Shown here piece by piece: positions 28,947-38,739 of a DNA stretch of 64,000 nt. The translations under genes were made by a program, and so were the position numbers. Every line of letters begins with the position of its first letter. The first letter of the stretch is position 1. The notes under the pieces are model-generated. The model had not been told where the DNA came from. It made no database searches and saw only the letters and a program-made list of their open reading frames with translations. Source of the DNA: Desulfatiglandales bacterium (lineage in GTDB: Bacteria; Desulfobacterota; DSM-4660; Desulfatiglandales; HGW-15); assembly GCA_963667015.2 (NCBI GenBank), contig CAXXJJ010000004.1, positions 1,632,001-1,696,000 of the forward strand. Reading direction: 5' to 3'.

Positions 28947-29876
28947 ATGGAAAAGAAAGCATCTTTACTGGCAGTTAGTAATTTACACAAACATTATGGA
29001 AAAAACAGCGTATTAAACGGCCTGAATTTAAAGGTCGGCAGGCAGGAAATTCACGGCCTGGTCGGCCTGAACGGTGCCGGTAAAACCACAACCATAGAAT
29101 GTATTTTAGGATTAATATCCTTCGATTCCGGATCAATAAGGATTCTGGATGTCCGGCCTTCAAAACTTCATACAACCCATGGCAGGCTTGCTGTTGTTTT
29201 TGATTCCCCATGTATTCATCCCAACCTGACTGTACACCAGGTACTTGAATATGCCAGGCTGACCTGCGGTAAAACAGATACTGCATCCCCTGAAGAGGTG
29301 GAAGAAAAACTGGGCCTATCCGGATATCGGAATTACAAGGTTAAAAACCTTTCGCTGGGAAACCGCCGCCGCACCTCCATCGCCCAGGCGCTTATAGGCA
29401 AACCGGAGTTCATCGTGCTTGACGAACCCTTCAGCAGCCTGGATGCCGGAGGAGTTGACGACCTTCTTTTATTAATAAAAGAACTTAACCGGAATAAGGG
29501 CATAACCTTTTTGCTGGCCAGCCACCAGCTCCCCTACCTGGAGCAGATATGTTCCAATGTTTCAATATTACACAGGGGCGCCATAGCCCTCTCAATCAGG
29601 ATTGAAGAGCTGTTCGACCTTGAACATACACGGGCGGTTCTGCACACCAATGGAAGCGAGCATAACACGTTGAAGATATTATCAGAAATACCGGGTATTA
29701 CCATTTGCGACAATCATTGCAATGACGGCATCCTGGTTGAGTTGGATGGGATAACTACAGCCCAACTGAACAGGGAATTACTAAGGAATGATATAGAGGT
29801 TTATGAGCTGATCAGACAACGCCCCTCACTTGATACACTCTTTCGGAAGGTCACAGGGGGTACTGCCAATGCTTAA
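28947..29876 (+). CDS. ABC transporter ATP-binding protein
   Basis: GLNGAGKTT, LSLGN, VLDEPFSSLD, ASH. Confidence 0.93.
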   Translation: MEKKASLLAVSNLHKHYGKNSVLNGLNLKVGRQEIHGLVGLNGAGKTTTIECILGLISFDSGSIRILDVRPSKLHTTHGRLAVVFDSPCIHPNLTVHQVLEYARLTCGKTDTASPEEVEEKLGLSGYRNYKVKNLSLGNRRRTSIAQALIGKPEFIVLDEPFSSLDAGGVDDLLLLIKELNRNKGITFLLASHQLPYLEQICSNVSILHRGAIALSIRIEELFDLEHTRAVLHTNGSEHNTLKILSEIPGITICDNHCNDGILVELDGITTAQLNRELLRNDIEVYELIRQRPSLDTLFRKVTGGTANA

Positions 29877-30732
29877 ATCAATCCGCCTCCATGGTTTATC
29901 AACCGCTTTAAAGTCCGAATGCTTTGTCCTTTTAAGAAGCCGGACTCCATGGCTGCTTTTACTGCTGCCTGCTGCCGCATCAATCATAAAGATGGGCATG
30001 ATTAAGATGAAAAATATAGGGACACAGGTAATAGGCTCGGTAAACAGCAGCGCTGAAACAACAGTTACCGGTTACGGCTTCCTGGTGGACGGGCTGTTGA
30101 TCAGCTTCATTGTTACAACCCTGTTATTCCTCGGTTATGCAGCATATACCTTTGCCATTGATCGTGAACGCGGCATTACAAGGCACGGTGTTGTAATGAG
30201 TATCAGCCGCAGTGAGCTGATCCTGGCCAAATACATATCGTTATGTCTTCTGGCCCTTTTTTCGATTATTATTACCCTGTCCGGTACATGGCTTGCGGCA
30301 AACCTTCTATGGGATCTGGGGCCGTTGATTGAAGACGGTTACCAGATAATAGGTGTAGGTGAGATAAACGCAGAGATTATTCTCGGTTTAAAACTGGCCC
30401 TTTTACCATTACCCGCCACTCTGGCATTTGGCCTGCTCTTTTCTGTGTGTTCCAGATCGGCAATGCAGGCAGTAAGCCTTGCCATAGGGGCAGGGCTGCT
30501 CCTGGATATTTTCAAATCCGCCCTGGGGGATTTTCAATATTTTATATTCAGCAGTTTTCAGCCCTCGCTGATCGACCACTCATACCTTAATGATGTACAG
30601 CGCATTGTGTGCGGTTATTCGGATGTGCTTATAGACGATCGAATACACCGGTTAAATCTCTGGGTCCCAATACCCGAGGCACTGCTGTTTTTACTTATAA
30701 CGCTTATCGTTATCCACAGGAGAAATTTATGA
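29869..30732 (+). CDS. ABC-2 type permease
   Basis: About 6 TM segments, DRERG..ISRSELILAKY motif. Confidence 0.8.
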   Translation: MLKSIRLHGLSTALKSECFVLLRSRTPWLLLLLPAAASIIKMGMIKMKNIGTQVIGSVNSSAETTVTGYGFLVDGLLISFIVTTLLFLGYAAYTFAIDRERGITRHGVVMSISRSELILAKYISLCLLALFSIIITLSGTWLAANLLWDLGPLIEDGYQIIGVGEINAEIILGLKLALLPLPATLAFGLLFSVCSRSAMQAVSLAIGAGLLLDIFKSALGDFQYFIFSSFQPSLIDHSYLNDVQRIVCGYSDVLIDDRIHRLNLWVPIPEALLFLLITLIVIHRRNL

Positions 30733-31721
30733 AAAAACAATTCAGAGATATCACTGTTTATTTATTAATCCTGGCAGGTTTTTTAATTATCAATGGCTGC
30801 GCCACCTATGCTCCAAAAAGTATAGCACCGCATATCAATTTATCACCTGAAAACATGCAGCTTGCAGCAGATTCGGATAAAGGCCTGGACTTCGGAATGG
30901 AGGTGGAAAGCAATGAAAGTGACACCCTTGATAATCTCGAGGTGCTGCCCGGCATAAGAATACGCTCCATCCGGCCGGCAGGTGCAGCGGAAAATGCAGG
31001 ACTTAAGAGGGGTGATGTTATCCTGAGTATCAATGATATCAAAACCAATCACCCTGATACCCTGGCCACGATTTCGGAGACATCTAAAGCAGACCGGTTT
31101 GTTTTTATGGTTCGCAGGGACACCACGGTATTTGAGGCAGCCATGGCAGCACCAAAGGCAGTAAAGGCTGCTGGGCCGGAGGAGAGATTCCGGGCCGATC
31201 CATTAAAGACCCGTGCAGGCTACCGCACAGAGTTAATCAGGTTGGGAGGTCAGTCCACAAAAGAAAGCCCCGTGGCGAGAATTGTCCAGATGTGGCCTGA
31301 CAGCCCGTTTGTGAAGGCAGGCATCGAGGCAGGAGATGCAGTTGTATCAGTGGATAACAATCCTATTGAATCGGCCCAGGATTTAATTAACAGGCTGACA
31401 GATAATTACGAATTTGGTCAGGAGGCTGTGTTTTCCATATTAAAAAAAGATCCCGGCACATCTGAAGTGAAACAAATAAAGGTTGATCTGTGGGACCCGG
31501 GCAGAAAAATCACCAAATTTAATATATGGCCTTTGTTTATGTATGAAGCAAAAATAAACCCAGACAAGGCAAAGTTTTCAATCCTTAATTTCTGGGTCTT
31601 CTCTCTTTTCAGATATGAACGCGATGAAGGTGAAAGAAGCTACACTCTTCTCAAATTTATCCGCTTTCAATCTGACAATCGCGGTGAACTGGTTGATAAA
31701 ACCGATACTTCCGGTAAATAG
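30729..31721 (+). CDS. Tandem PDZ-domain lipoprotein
   Basis: Lipobox IINGC; AAENAGLKRGDVILSIND and PFVKAGIEAGDAVVSVDN PDZ motifs. Confidence 0.8.
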   Translation: MKKQFRDITVYLLILAGFLIINGCATYAPKSIAPHINLSPENMQLAADSDKGLDFGMEVESNESDTLDNLEVLPGIRIRSIRPAGAAENAGLKRGDVILSINDIKTNHPDTLATISETSKADRFVFMVRRDTTVFEAAMAAPKAVKAAGPEERFRADPLKTRAGYRTELIRLGGQSTKESPVARIVQMWPDSPFVKAGIEAGDAVVSVDNNPIESAQDLINRLTDNYEFGQEAVFSILKKDPGTSEVKQIKVDLWDPGRKITKFNIWPLFMYEAKINPDKAKFSILNFWVFSLFRYERDEGERSYTLLKFIRFQSDNRGELVDKTDTSGK

Positions 31722-31739
31722 CAGAAAAGGAAATAGAAA

Positions 31740-33623
31740 ATGAATATCTTTCGCTATATTTCATATAACAGGCGGACACCCCTGTTAAACAGGTTTCACG
31801 TTTCACGGGATAAACAAGGCCAACGGGATGACGCCCCGAATAATACATCGGGATCTTCGACAAGGCCCAATGTTATAGACTTAAGCAAAAAGGATATTAA
31901 AAATTTCCCTCCCCTGGCGGGAGGGATTAAGGGAGGGGGGAAAAAATACAAAAAACTGTGGAGCAACTATTTTGCCACCCTCTCCCAACCTCTCCCATCA
32001 AGGGAGAGGAGTATGCATTCAGCCATGCCCCTACGATTAATGCTTGTCCGGGGAAGGTCGCAAGGCCCTCCCCTACATATAATTTATACAATTCTTATTA
32101 TTTTTCTGCTCTGGGCAAACAGCGTCTCTGCATCAGTAAGCTTTGTATCCTCCGAGATTGATACGGGCGAAAACCGGCAGGGTTACTGGGCGGAAGACAT
32201 GAACGGCGATGACTTAAAGGATATTCTCATAGCCACCTGGTCCGAATCAAACGGGCGTGAGCTTTTAATATACACCCAGGAGGCGAGTGGTAAATTCACA
32301 GGCGCACCATGGCGCAGAATCGAGATTAAAAAGGATATTGTTGCCTTTGCCCTGGCTGACCTGCGCCCTGCCCCTGGAAACGAACTGCTGTTCTTTACCG
32401 GATCTGCCTGTTACAGCCTGTCATGCGCCAAAGAGGGATATGCCAACAATCTTAAGAAGCTTTTCGAGTGGGAACTGATAAAGAGTGTACCTGACAAAAA
32501 GAAGATAAGCTTCATGGGTATACTTAATGATCTGAATAATGACAGCTTTGTTGACATTATACTGCCTGGCCAGGAACAGTATGCCCTGTTTAAGGGCCAG
32601 CCCAATGAGACATTTGCTGAACCGGCAATCCTGCCGGCAGCAGATATTATAAATAACAGGAACAGCAGGACACAGGGGAGTTTTTCCATTACCCCTGCCG
32701 GGGTAACCGCCGGGAGTCCTGATGTATATTCGGGTCTCGTGGATAAGAGACTTGATACAGGGCCTGTTAACAGGAATTTACTCCCTCCTATACTTAAATA
32801 TGAAAGCTGGATACCGGGTGTGTCAACAGGGTTGTTCAACGCAGATGAACTTGAAGATTTTGTGTACCTGGATGATGTGGAATCTGAAAAGAAAAATATA
32901 AAAAGATTAAACCTGGTTTATCAGCCAGAGACAGGTGAATTGCCATCAAGTCCTGACTGGCAGGGAAATATTGCAGTTAATGATGATATCAAGATAATGG
33001 ATGTTAATGGTGATAAGTTGACAGACCTGGTTACCGCTAAAATGAAGGGGCTGAATACGACTCTATATATTTTTCTTAATCGGGGCGGCAAATTCCGTTT
33101 TGATACACCGGATCACGTAATGAAGCTGACAGGTATAATTTCGGATTTTCAGGCCATTGACTTTAATCGCGATGGACTCCCTGAACTGGTCATAAATACA
33201 TACTCTGCCTCCCCTGTAAAAGCCGTAACCAGTGGAAGCGTTGAACGCAGGCTCTTGATCTTTGCAGGCCTGAAACCCGCTGAAGATGCCTCCCTGTTTG
33301 ACAGGAAACCCGCATTTACATTAGAGGAAAATATTAGCGCTGCCAACTTTAAAAGCCTCACCGGTGAAAGATCTTTTTCAGGTGACATAGATGGTGACGG
33401 GGTCAACGATGTTGTTTCTATTGATAACAACGGGGCACTGGTAGTCAACAGGATCACCAGTGATTTTAAACTCGAAGCAGAGCCTGTTTTAAGTTTTACA
33501 CCGATTCATTATATTTCCGGCACCAGGCTGATAAGTCTCAACCAGGATAATCGAACGGATATAATTATTGAACAGGAACACGGATTATCCCTGATAATAT
33601 CTCAGGAGGGAGCACAGCAATGA
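31740..33623 (+). CDS. VCBS/FG-GAP repeat protein (start uncertain; N-terminal region consists of repeat DNA)
   Basis: DMNGDDLKDI, DLNNDSFVDI, DVNGDKLTDL, DFNRDGLPEL, DIDGDGVNDV repeats; signal-like IIYTILIIFLLWANSVSA. Confidence 0.8.
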   Translation: MNIFRYISYNRRTPLLNRFHVSRDKQGQRDDAPNNTSGSSTRPNVIDLSKKDIKNFPPLAGGIKGGGKKYKKLWSNYFATLSQPLPSRERSMHSAMPLRLMLVRGRSQGPPLHIIYTILIIFLLWANSVSASVSFVSSEIDTGENRQGYWAEDMNGDDLKDILIATWSESNGRELLIYTQEASGKFTGAPWRRIEIKKDIVAFALADLRPAPGNELLFFTGSACYSLSCAKEGYANNLKKLFEWELIKSVPDKKKISFMGILNDLNNDSFVDIILPGQEQYALFKGQPNETFAEPAILPAADIINNRNSRTQGSFSITPAGVTAGSPDVYSGLVDKRLDTGPVNRNLLPPILKYESWIPGVSTGLFNADELEDFVYLDDVESEKKNIKRLNLVYQPETGELPSSPDWQGNIAVNDDIKIMDVNGDKLTDLVTAKMKGLNTTLYIFLNRGGKFRFDTPDHVMKLTGIISDFQAIDFNRDGLPELVINTYSASPVKAVTSGSVERRLLIFAGLKPAEDASLFDRKPAFTLEENISAANFKSLTGERSFSGDIDGDGVNDVVSIDNNGALVVNRITSDFKLEAEPVLSFTPIHYISGTRLISLNQDNRTDIIIEQEHGLSLIISQEGAQQ

Positions 33624-35449
33624 GATCCATTCCCATATATAAACTTAAAATTTTAAACAGGACCTTGCTTTGTTTATTTGCCCTGTTTTTTTCCGGAATC
33701 CATACAGTTAATGCTGAAACAGAAAAAGCAAATTTTGATTATGATGCCCTGCCCTTTACCCTGTCCAATATAAAGGAGCATATTATTCCAATCGATATGG
33801 ATGGAGACGGCCTGAAGGACCTGCTGTGTTCAAATGATTCCAGTATCAATATCTACTTTCAGCAGAAGGATGCTATTGGCACGGATGCCTTCAGCTTTAT
33901 CAAACCTGACATTTCAATTGATCTCCCGGGTGATGCAGTGGGCTGGGACGTGGATTACCCCCCAGCAGAACAGTCGGATAACACCAGTGGTAAACGTCTG
34001 CTTGCTATAGTAGATGGAAAATCTGTAATGGCCTGGTCTGTTAAAAATAGGTCACTCAGCCGGCCTGCCGTATTGATCGAAGGATTGCCCGGTTTTTTAC
34101 CAAAGGGCGCCTACCCGCTGAGATTTATCAGGGATGTTAATTCCGACGGGCGGACTGATATTATCCTGCCCGGAAATGGAAAACTGCATATATATCTGCA
34201 GGAGGATAAAGGAGGATACAAAGGGAATATATTCATAAATACCAGGATGGGGATAAACTCGGTTTTAAAAACACCTGAAGACATAGCGCATAAGGTAGGG
34301 CAAAGCGTCACAATACCTGCCATGACTATACGTGATGTTAATAATGATGAACTGAATGATGTGATCTCAACGGTTGATAAAATAACAGAGGTTTTTCTTG
34401 GTAAACCGGACGGCACGTTTCCTGATGAACCCAGTTTCAGGATTGATCTGGATAAGATGACCAGCCCTCCAAAGGAATTCGATTGGGACACCTTTGATTT
34501 TTCCAATATTTTCAGCGCCATTTCCACTGGTCCGCAGCAGATCCTTCAGGATCTGGATGGAGACAGGATAGAAGACCTGCTGCTGCTCGATAACGGGAAG
34601 ATAACGGTATATAAAGGGACACCCCATGGTATTGATCTCGAAAAACCAGGACAGATATTGAAATCAAGCGGGAATGTGCTTGCCGCACTTCTGGCGGTTA
34701 CCCGGGAAAAGGATAAAAACAGGTCCCCTCAAGATGCAATTTCTGCATTCATCAGTGAAAATAAGGATGAGACCAGGCCAAAAGACCTGATCCTGATTAG
34801 GCTGCAGGATTTGTCAGTGGGTGATATCTTTACATGGCTTGTACTTTCAAAGGATATAGATATTGATTTTTTTGTATATAAAAATCAGGGAAAAGAATTT
34901 GAAAAACGTCCGGGCCGGAAAATCACCCTTACCCTGAAAATGCCTTCAGCCCTGAAAATACTCAATTATATAAATGACCTGAGAGATTCAGAACAAAATC
35001 CTGCAAACATAATGGTCATCAGCACGGATCTGAGTAAAACCAGCGCAGGAAAGGATCGACTTGTTTTTAAGGATAACACTATTCAGGGATTTCAAATGAA
35101 GGACAACATTCCTGTCGATCGACTGGATGAAACCCGGTTCAATGAGATTATAGATCTTTTTAACCGTCTGGGTTTCACTGTAAAGGAAGATCATTATATA
35201 ATGGATGTCGATAAAATGATGAAGAACCTTCCTGAATTAGGTAATTTTGAATTGCTGGAGCTTAAAGATGAGCAGCCGGAATTCACCCTGGATATAACTA
35301 AATATCTAACCAATACAATTAAGGGAAAGTCATCTGATAAGCAGAGTATATCATCGGCGGACCTTAATGGTGACAATCGGGATGATATCTTTCTGTTTAC
35401 AGATCGCGATGATAAGAGCGTGGCAGGGACACTGTTTATGTCCCGGTAG
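33620..35449 (+). CDS. VCBS/FG-GAP repeat secreted protein
   Basis: Signal peptide; DMDGDGLKDL, DVNSDGRTDI, DLDGDRIEDL, DLNGDNRDDI. Confidence 0.85.
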   Translation: MRSIPIYKLKILNRTLLCLFALFFSGIHTVNAETEKANFDYDALPFTLSNIKEHIIPIDMDGDGLKDLLCSNDSSINIYFQQKDAIGTDAFSFIKPDISIDLPGDAVGWDVDYPPAEQSDNTSGKRLLAIVDGKSVMAWSVKNRSLSRPAVLIEGLPGFLPKGAYPLRFIRDVNSDGRTDIILPGNGKLHIYLQEDKGGYKGNIFINTRMGINSVLKTPEDIAHKVGQSVTIPAMTIRDVNNDELNDVISTVDKITEVFLGKPDGTFPDEPSFRIDLDKMTSPPKEFDWDTFDFSNIFSAISTGPQQILQDLDGDRIEDLLLLDNGKITVYKGTPHGIDLEKPGQILKSSGNVLAALLAVTREKDKNRSPQDAISAFISENKDETRPKDLILIRLQDLSVGDIFTWLVLSKDIDIDFFVYKNQGKEFEKRPGRKITLTLKMPSALKILNYINDLRDSEQNPANIMVISTDLSKTSAGKDRLVFKDNTIQGFQMKDNIPVDRLDETRFNEIIDLFNRLGFTVKEDHYIMDVDKMMKNLPELGNFELLELKDEQPEFTLDITKYLTNTIKGKSSDKQSISSADLNGDNRDDIFLFTDRDDKSVAGTLFMSR

Positions 35450-35451
35450 AA

Positions 35452-36201
35452 TTAAAAATACCCCAGCTCTTTTGAAAGCTGAGCTGCAGCCTCTTTCAGG
35501 GCATTACTGATAAGTTCTTCCTTTTCAGGGGAAAACCGCTGGCTCGGCACAGGAGTACCAAGGGAGCCTACAACCTGTTTCATATTATTAAAAACAGGAA
35601 CCGCAACAGATGTGATTCCCTCATAATTCTCTTCCCGTGAAAAGGCTATATTATTGTCCCGCACCCTTTCAAGTTCCTCTAAAAGTACAGCTTTATCTGT
35701 AATGGTATTTTTTGTAATTTGAAGGAGATTTACCTCTGAAAGGTATTTATCAATTTCATCCTTACTGTAAAATGCCAGGATTGCCTTTCCATGAGCAGAT
35801 GCATAGATAGGATTCTGGTCACCTATCTTCAGGTCCCATTTAAGTGGCTCATTGGTTTCTTCACGCCATACGATGGTAACCTTTTCGCCGGTAATAATGG
35901 CAAATCCGCATGACTCGTTGGTGGCGGCTATGACGTTTCTTATAAAGGGCTGACTGGCCTTGATAATATCAAAATCAGCCACATACCTTCCTGCCAGGAC
36001 CAGGATTTTATACCCGATCCTGTACCTCTTATCAAATTCACCAATTGTCAGGAAATCATTGGAGACAAGATCTGCCAATATAGGTGAAAGACTTCCCTTG
36101 GGAATTTTCAGTTTGCCCGAAATATCCTGATGTTTCAATCCATCCTTGGTATGCCCTACAAGTTCCAGGATCTGCATTACCCGTGTAGCTGACTTGACCA
36201 T
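35452..36201 (-). CDS. IclR family transcriptional regulator
   Basis: VKSATRVMQILE HTH; YASAHGKAILA, EENYEGITSVAVPV. Confidence 0.92.
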   Translation of the reverse strand: MVKSATRVMQILELVGHTKDGLKHQDISGKLKIPKGSLSPILADLVSNDFLTIGEFDKRYRIGYKILVLAGRYVADFDIIKASQPFIRNVIAATNESCGFAIITGEKVTIVWREETNEPLKWDLKIGDQNPIYASAHGKAILAFYSKDEIDKYLSEVNLLQITKNTITDKAVLLEELERVRDNNIAFSREENYEGITSVAVPVFNNMKQVVGSLGTPVPSQRFSPEKEELISNALKEAAAQLSKELGYF

Positions 36202-36290
36202 ATGAACCCCGTGAGAATGTGTGCAAATAGAAGATTTACGGATTTTTATAATTGTTGCAACCGATTATGTCAAATCAGATTTTTTTAAAC

Positions 36291-36333
36291 TTGACATGTT
36301 CGCATACATGAACTATGTTTACATATACAAACA
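36291..36333 (+). promoter_or_regulatory. Promoter with tandem IclR-type operator candidates
   Basis: TTGACA 36291-36296; GTTCGCATACATGAAC and GTTTACATATACAAAC imperfect palindromes between divergent iclR and MFS genes. Confidence 0.55.
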
Positions 36334-36440
36334 TTGAAGCATTTTAAGCTTCCAATTTGACAATAATCAACTTGATTAAATCTAATTATACATAATTTTT
36401 ATCAGGTTATTCATAAAGGATTTAAATAAAGGATTACCAA

Positions 36441-37742
36441 ATGTTTAAAAATATTGAAATAAAGTCACTATACCGATGGCTCGTAGTATTTATAGCATTT
36501 TATGGAATGTGCCTTCACGCCGGGTGCCTTATATATGCCTCCGGATTATTTATCAAACCCCTTCAGACATATTTCGGCTGGGAACGCGGAACAATCGCAC
36601 TGGCATTTACCCTGCAGTTTATTTTCCTGGGACTGCTTTCACCATTTATCGGAAAGGCCGTTGACAGGTTTGGAGCAAGGGTCGTCTTCATAACGGGCGC
36701 CTCGATTGCATCAGTAGGTTTTCTTATAATGCCCATGATAAAGACCCCGCTTCATTTTTGCCTTATCAGCATCTTTATAGGTATGGCAGAGGCTGGAATC
36801 GGACCGGTTCCCTGCACAGGGGCAGTATCTCCCCTTTTTGATAAAAAGAGGGGCCTTGCCATAGGCGTAATGTCTACAGGGGTTGGTGTAGGCGGTTTCA
36901 TCTTTTCACTCCTGGTAGGAAGCCTGCTGATACCCGCCTATGGATGGCAGGGAGGATATTACGGCATTGCAGCGGCTCATTTATTGCTCATTCCCCTTGC
37001 CATGACTATAAAAGGCAAGAAGAGACAAGCGGCCCTGCAGCATGAAGAGAGTGATGTAATTACAGAAACAAGGACAAATGAATTGGGCAGTATGCTTCAT
37101 TCCCCATCATTATGGCTTATCGCTACTATCTTTTTTATGTTTCTCTTCAGCCTGGTCGGTACAGTCCAGATCCAGGCGCCGCACCTTCAGGATATCGGTT
37201 TCCCGGTTTTAATGGCCTCTTCAACCCTGGGATATCTCGGCCTGGTCAGCGCCGGAGCAAAACTTTTTTTCGGATGGCTGTGTGACAGGATCAAACCGAA
37301 AACAGCCTTTATTATATCGGCAGTCTGTCTCGTAAGCGGCCTGTTTATGCTTTCATCTTTCAGTCATGATTCTTCTACCATCTACCTGTGGACCTATGTG
37401 CTGATCTTCGGATTCGGCATAGGGGCATGGCTTCCGATAATGTCCATGATGGTAAGCAGAACCTTCGGAACCGAATCATACGGTCTCTATTTCGGGGCAG
37501 TAACCATGGTTGAGACCATAGGACAGGCGGTAGGCCCACTGGTAGCAGGGTTGCTGTTTGATCATACAGGCAGTTACCATTCAACCTTTACCCTTTATAT
37601 TATACTCACCGTCTGCTCAGTACCGATTGCTGTATTTATCAGGGAAAAGGCGGCCAGTGAAAAATGCTATAACCTTGAAGCTCTGGAAAACTGTAAAATT
37701 CCTTTGGTCGGTAATCATAACCGGGTACCTAGCCTGGGATAA
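36441..37742 (+). CDS. MFS transporter (OFA/MCT-like)
   Basis: GKAVDRFGAR and GWLCDRIKPK motifs, 12 TM. Confidence 0.9.
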   Translation: MFKNIEIKSLYRWLVVFIAFYGMCLHAGCLIYASGLFIKPLQTYFGWERGTIALAFTLQFIFLGLLSPFIGKAVDRFGARVVFITGASIASVGFLIMPMIKTPLHFCLISIFIGMAEAGIGPVPCTGAVSPLFDKKRGLAIGVMSTGVGVGGFIFSLLVGSLLIPAYGWQGGYYGIAAAHLLLIPLAMTIKGKKRQAALQHEESDVITETRTNELGSMLHSPSLWLIATIFFMFLFSLVGTVQIQAPHLQDIGFPVLMASSTLGYLGLVSAGAKLFFGWLCDRIKPKTAFIISAVCLVSGLFMLSSFSHDSSTIYLWTYVLIFGFGIGAWLPIMSMMVSRTFGTESYGLYFGAVTMVETIGQAVGPLVAGLLFDHTGSYHSTFTLYIILTVCSVPIAVFIREKAASEKCYNLEALENCKIPLVGNHNRVPSLG

Positions 37743-37819
37743 AAATGATCATTCCAGCATTGTTGACACCCTGAACATGTAAATGTATTTTAGATAAAAA
37801 ATCACGCGAAGGAAACATT

Positions 37820-38170
37820 ATGAAAACCATAAGACTTCAGGATATTAAAAAAGTGGAAATGGCAATGGAAGGAGCCGAAAAGGTATTTAAACAGGTCCCC
37901 ATATCAAAGAATGACGGGACACCATCCTTTTGCTTCAGGGTGTTTACAATTGAACCCGGTGGACATACCCCTTATCACACCCATGATTCTGAGCATTTAA
38001 ACTACATAATCAGTGGGCAGGGTGCGCTGGTGGATGAAAAGGAAGCAAAACATCCGGTAGCAGCAGGGGATTTTGCAGTGGTACTTCCCAATGAAAAACA
38101 CCAGTTCAGGAATACATCGGATAATGAACCCTTTGTGATTATCTGCGCTGTCCCTAATGAATATGAATAG
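37820..38170 (+). CDS. Cupin domain protein
   Basis: PGGHTPYHTHDSEH, PNEKHQFRN metal-binding motifs. Confidence 0.9.
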   Translation: MKTIRLQDIKKVEMAMEGAEKVFKQVPISKNDGTPSFCFRVFTIEPGGHTPYHTHDSEHLNYIISGQGALVDEKEAKHPVAAGDFAVVLPNEKHQFRNTSDNEPFVIICAVPNEYE

Positions 38171-38269
38171 AAAAAACATTAAATCGTTTTTTCTATTCAT
38201 ACAGGCTGAAGGATTTTAGGCTACAGGCTGTCAGGCTAAATACCCTGAAAGTTGAAAAGGGATAAATAG

Positions 38270-38716
38270 ATGCTTTTAGTTGCCATCGGCTGTGGCCGTA
38301 TTCCAGATATTCTTGAGATTGTAAAAAAACAGTCATTTGCTGTATTCGGAACCATGGATGAAAAGCCGCTGTCTCATCTCTCTGAAAAACCAGACAGGAT
38401 CATGGATTCACAGGTATATTTTTATGAGACCGGTTGAATTGTTCCCCGCCGTGTAGTTGCAGTTGGCAAACTCAAAAAGATCTGGTCAGAAATACCGCAG
38501 GATGCTTCAGAGAAAGAATATAAAAAGGCATTTAAAGATTATTTTGGTGCATTATGGGAAGAAGTCCTGAATGCAGTTGACATGTCATTTCAGTATAATG
38601 CATATAATACCGTATATTTTTCAGTAGGTGATATTGAATCCATTGAAAATATTACACTTGATCAGATTCTTGAAGAAAATGGATTGTACCGGCCATCTAA
38701 TGTTGTTGTAGGTTAA
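38270..38716 (+). CDS. Candidate selenoprotein of unknown family (148 aa, in-frame TGA at 38435-38437); alternatively a nonsense-mutated pseudogene
   Basis: ATG with AAAAGGGA RBS-like sequence; single TGA at codon 56 followed by 92 sense codons to TAA; SECIS-like hairpin directly 3' of the TGA. Confidence 0.6.
38435..38475 (+). other. Putative bacterial SECIS element
   Basis: UGA AUUGUUCCCC GCCG UGU [AGUU] GCA GU UGGC AAACUCA: upper stem with apical loop starting 18 nt after UGA, G at loop position 2 followed by U; UGA can pair with downstream UCA. Confidence 0.5.
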
Positions 38717-38739
38717 TAAATATCATCAGGAGCATACTA

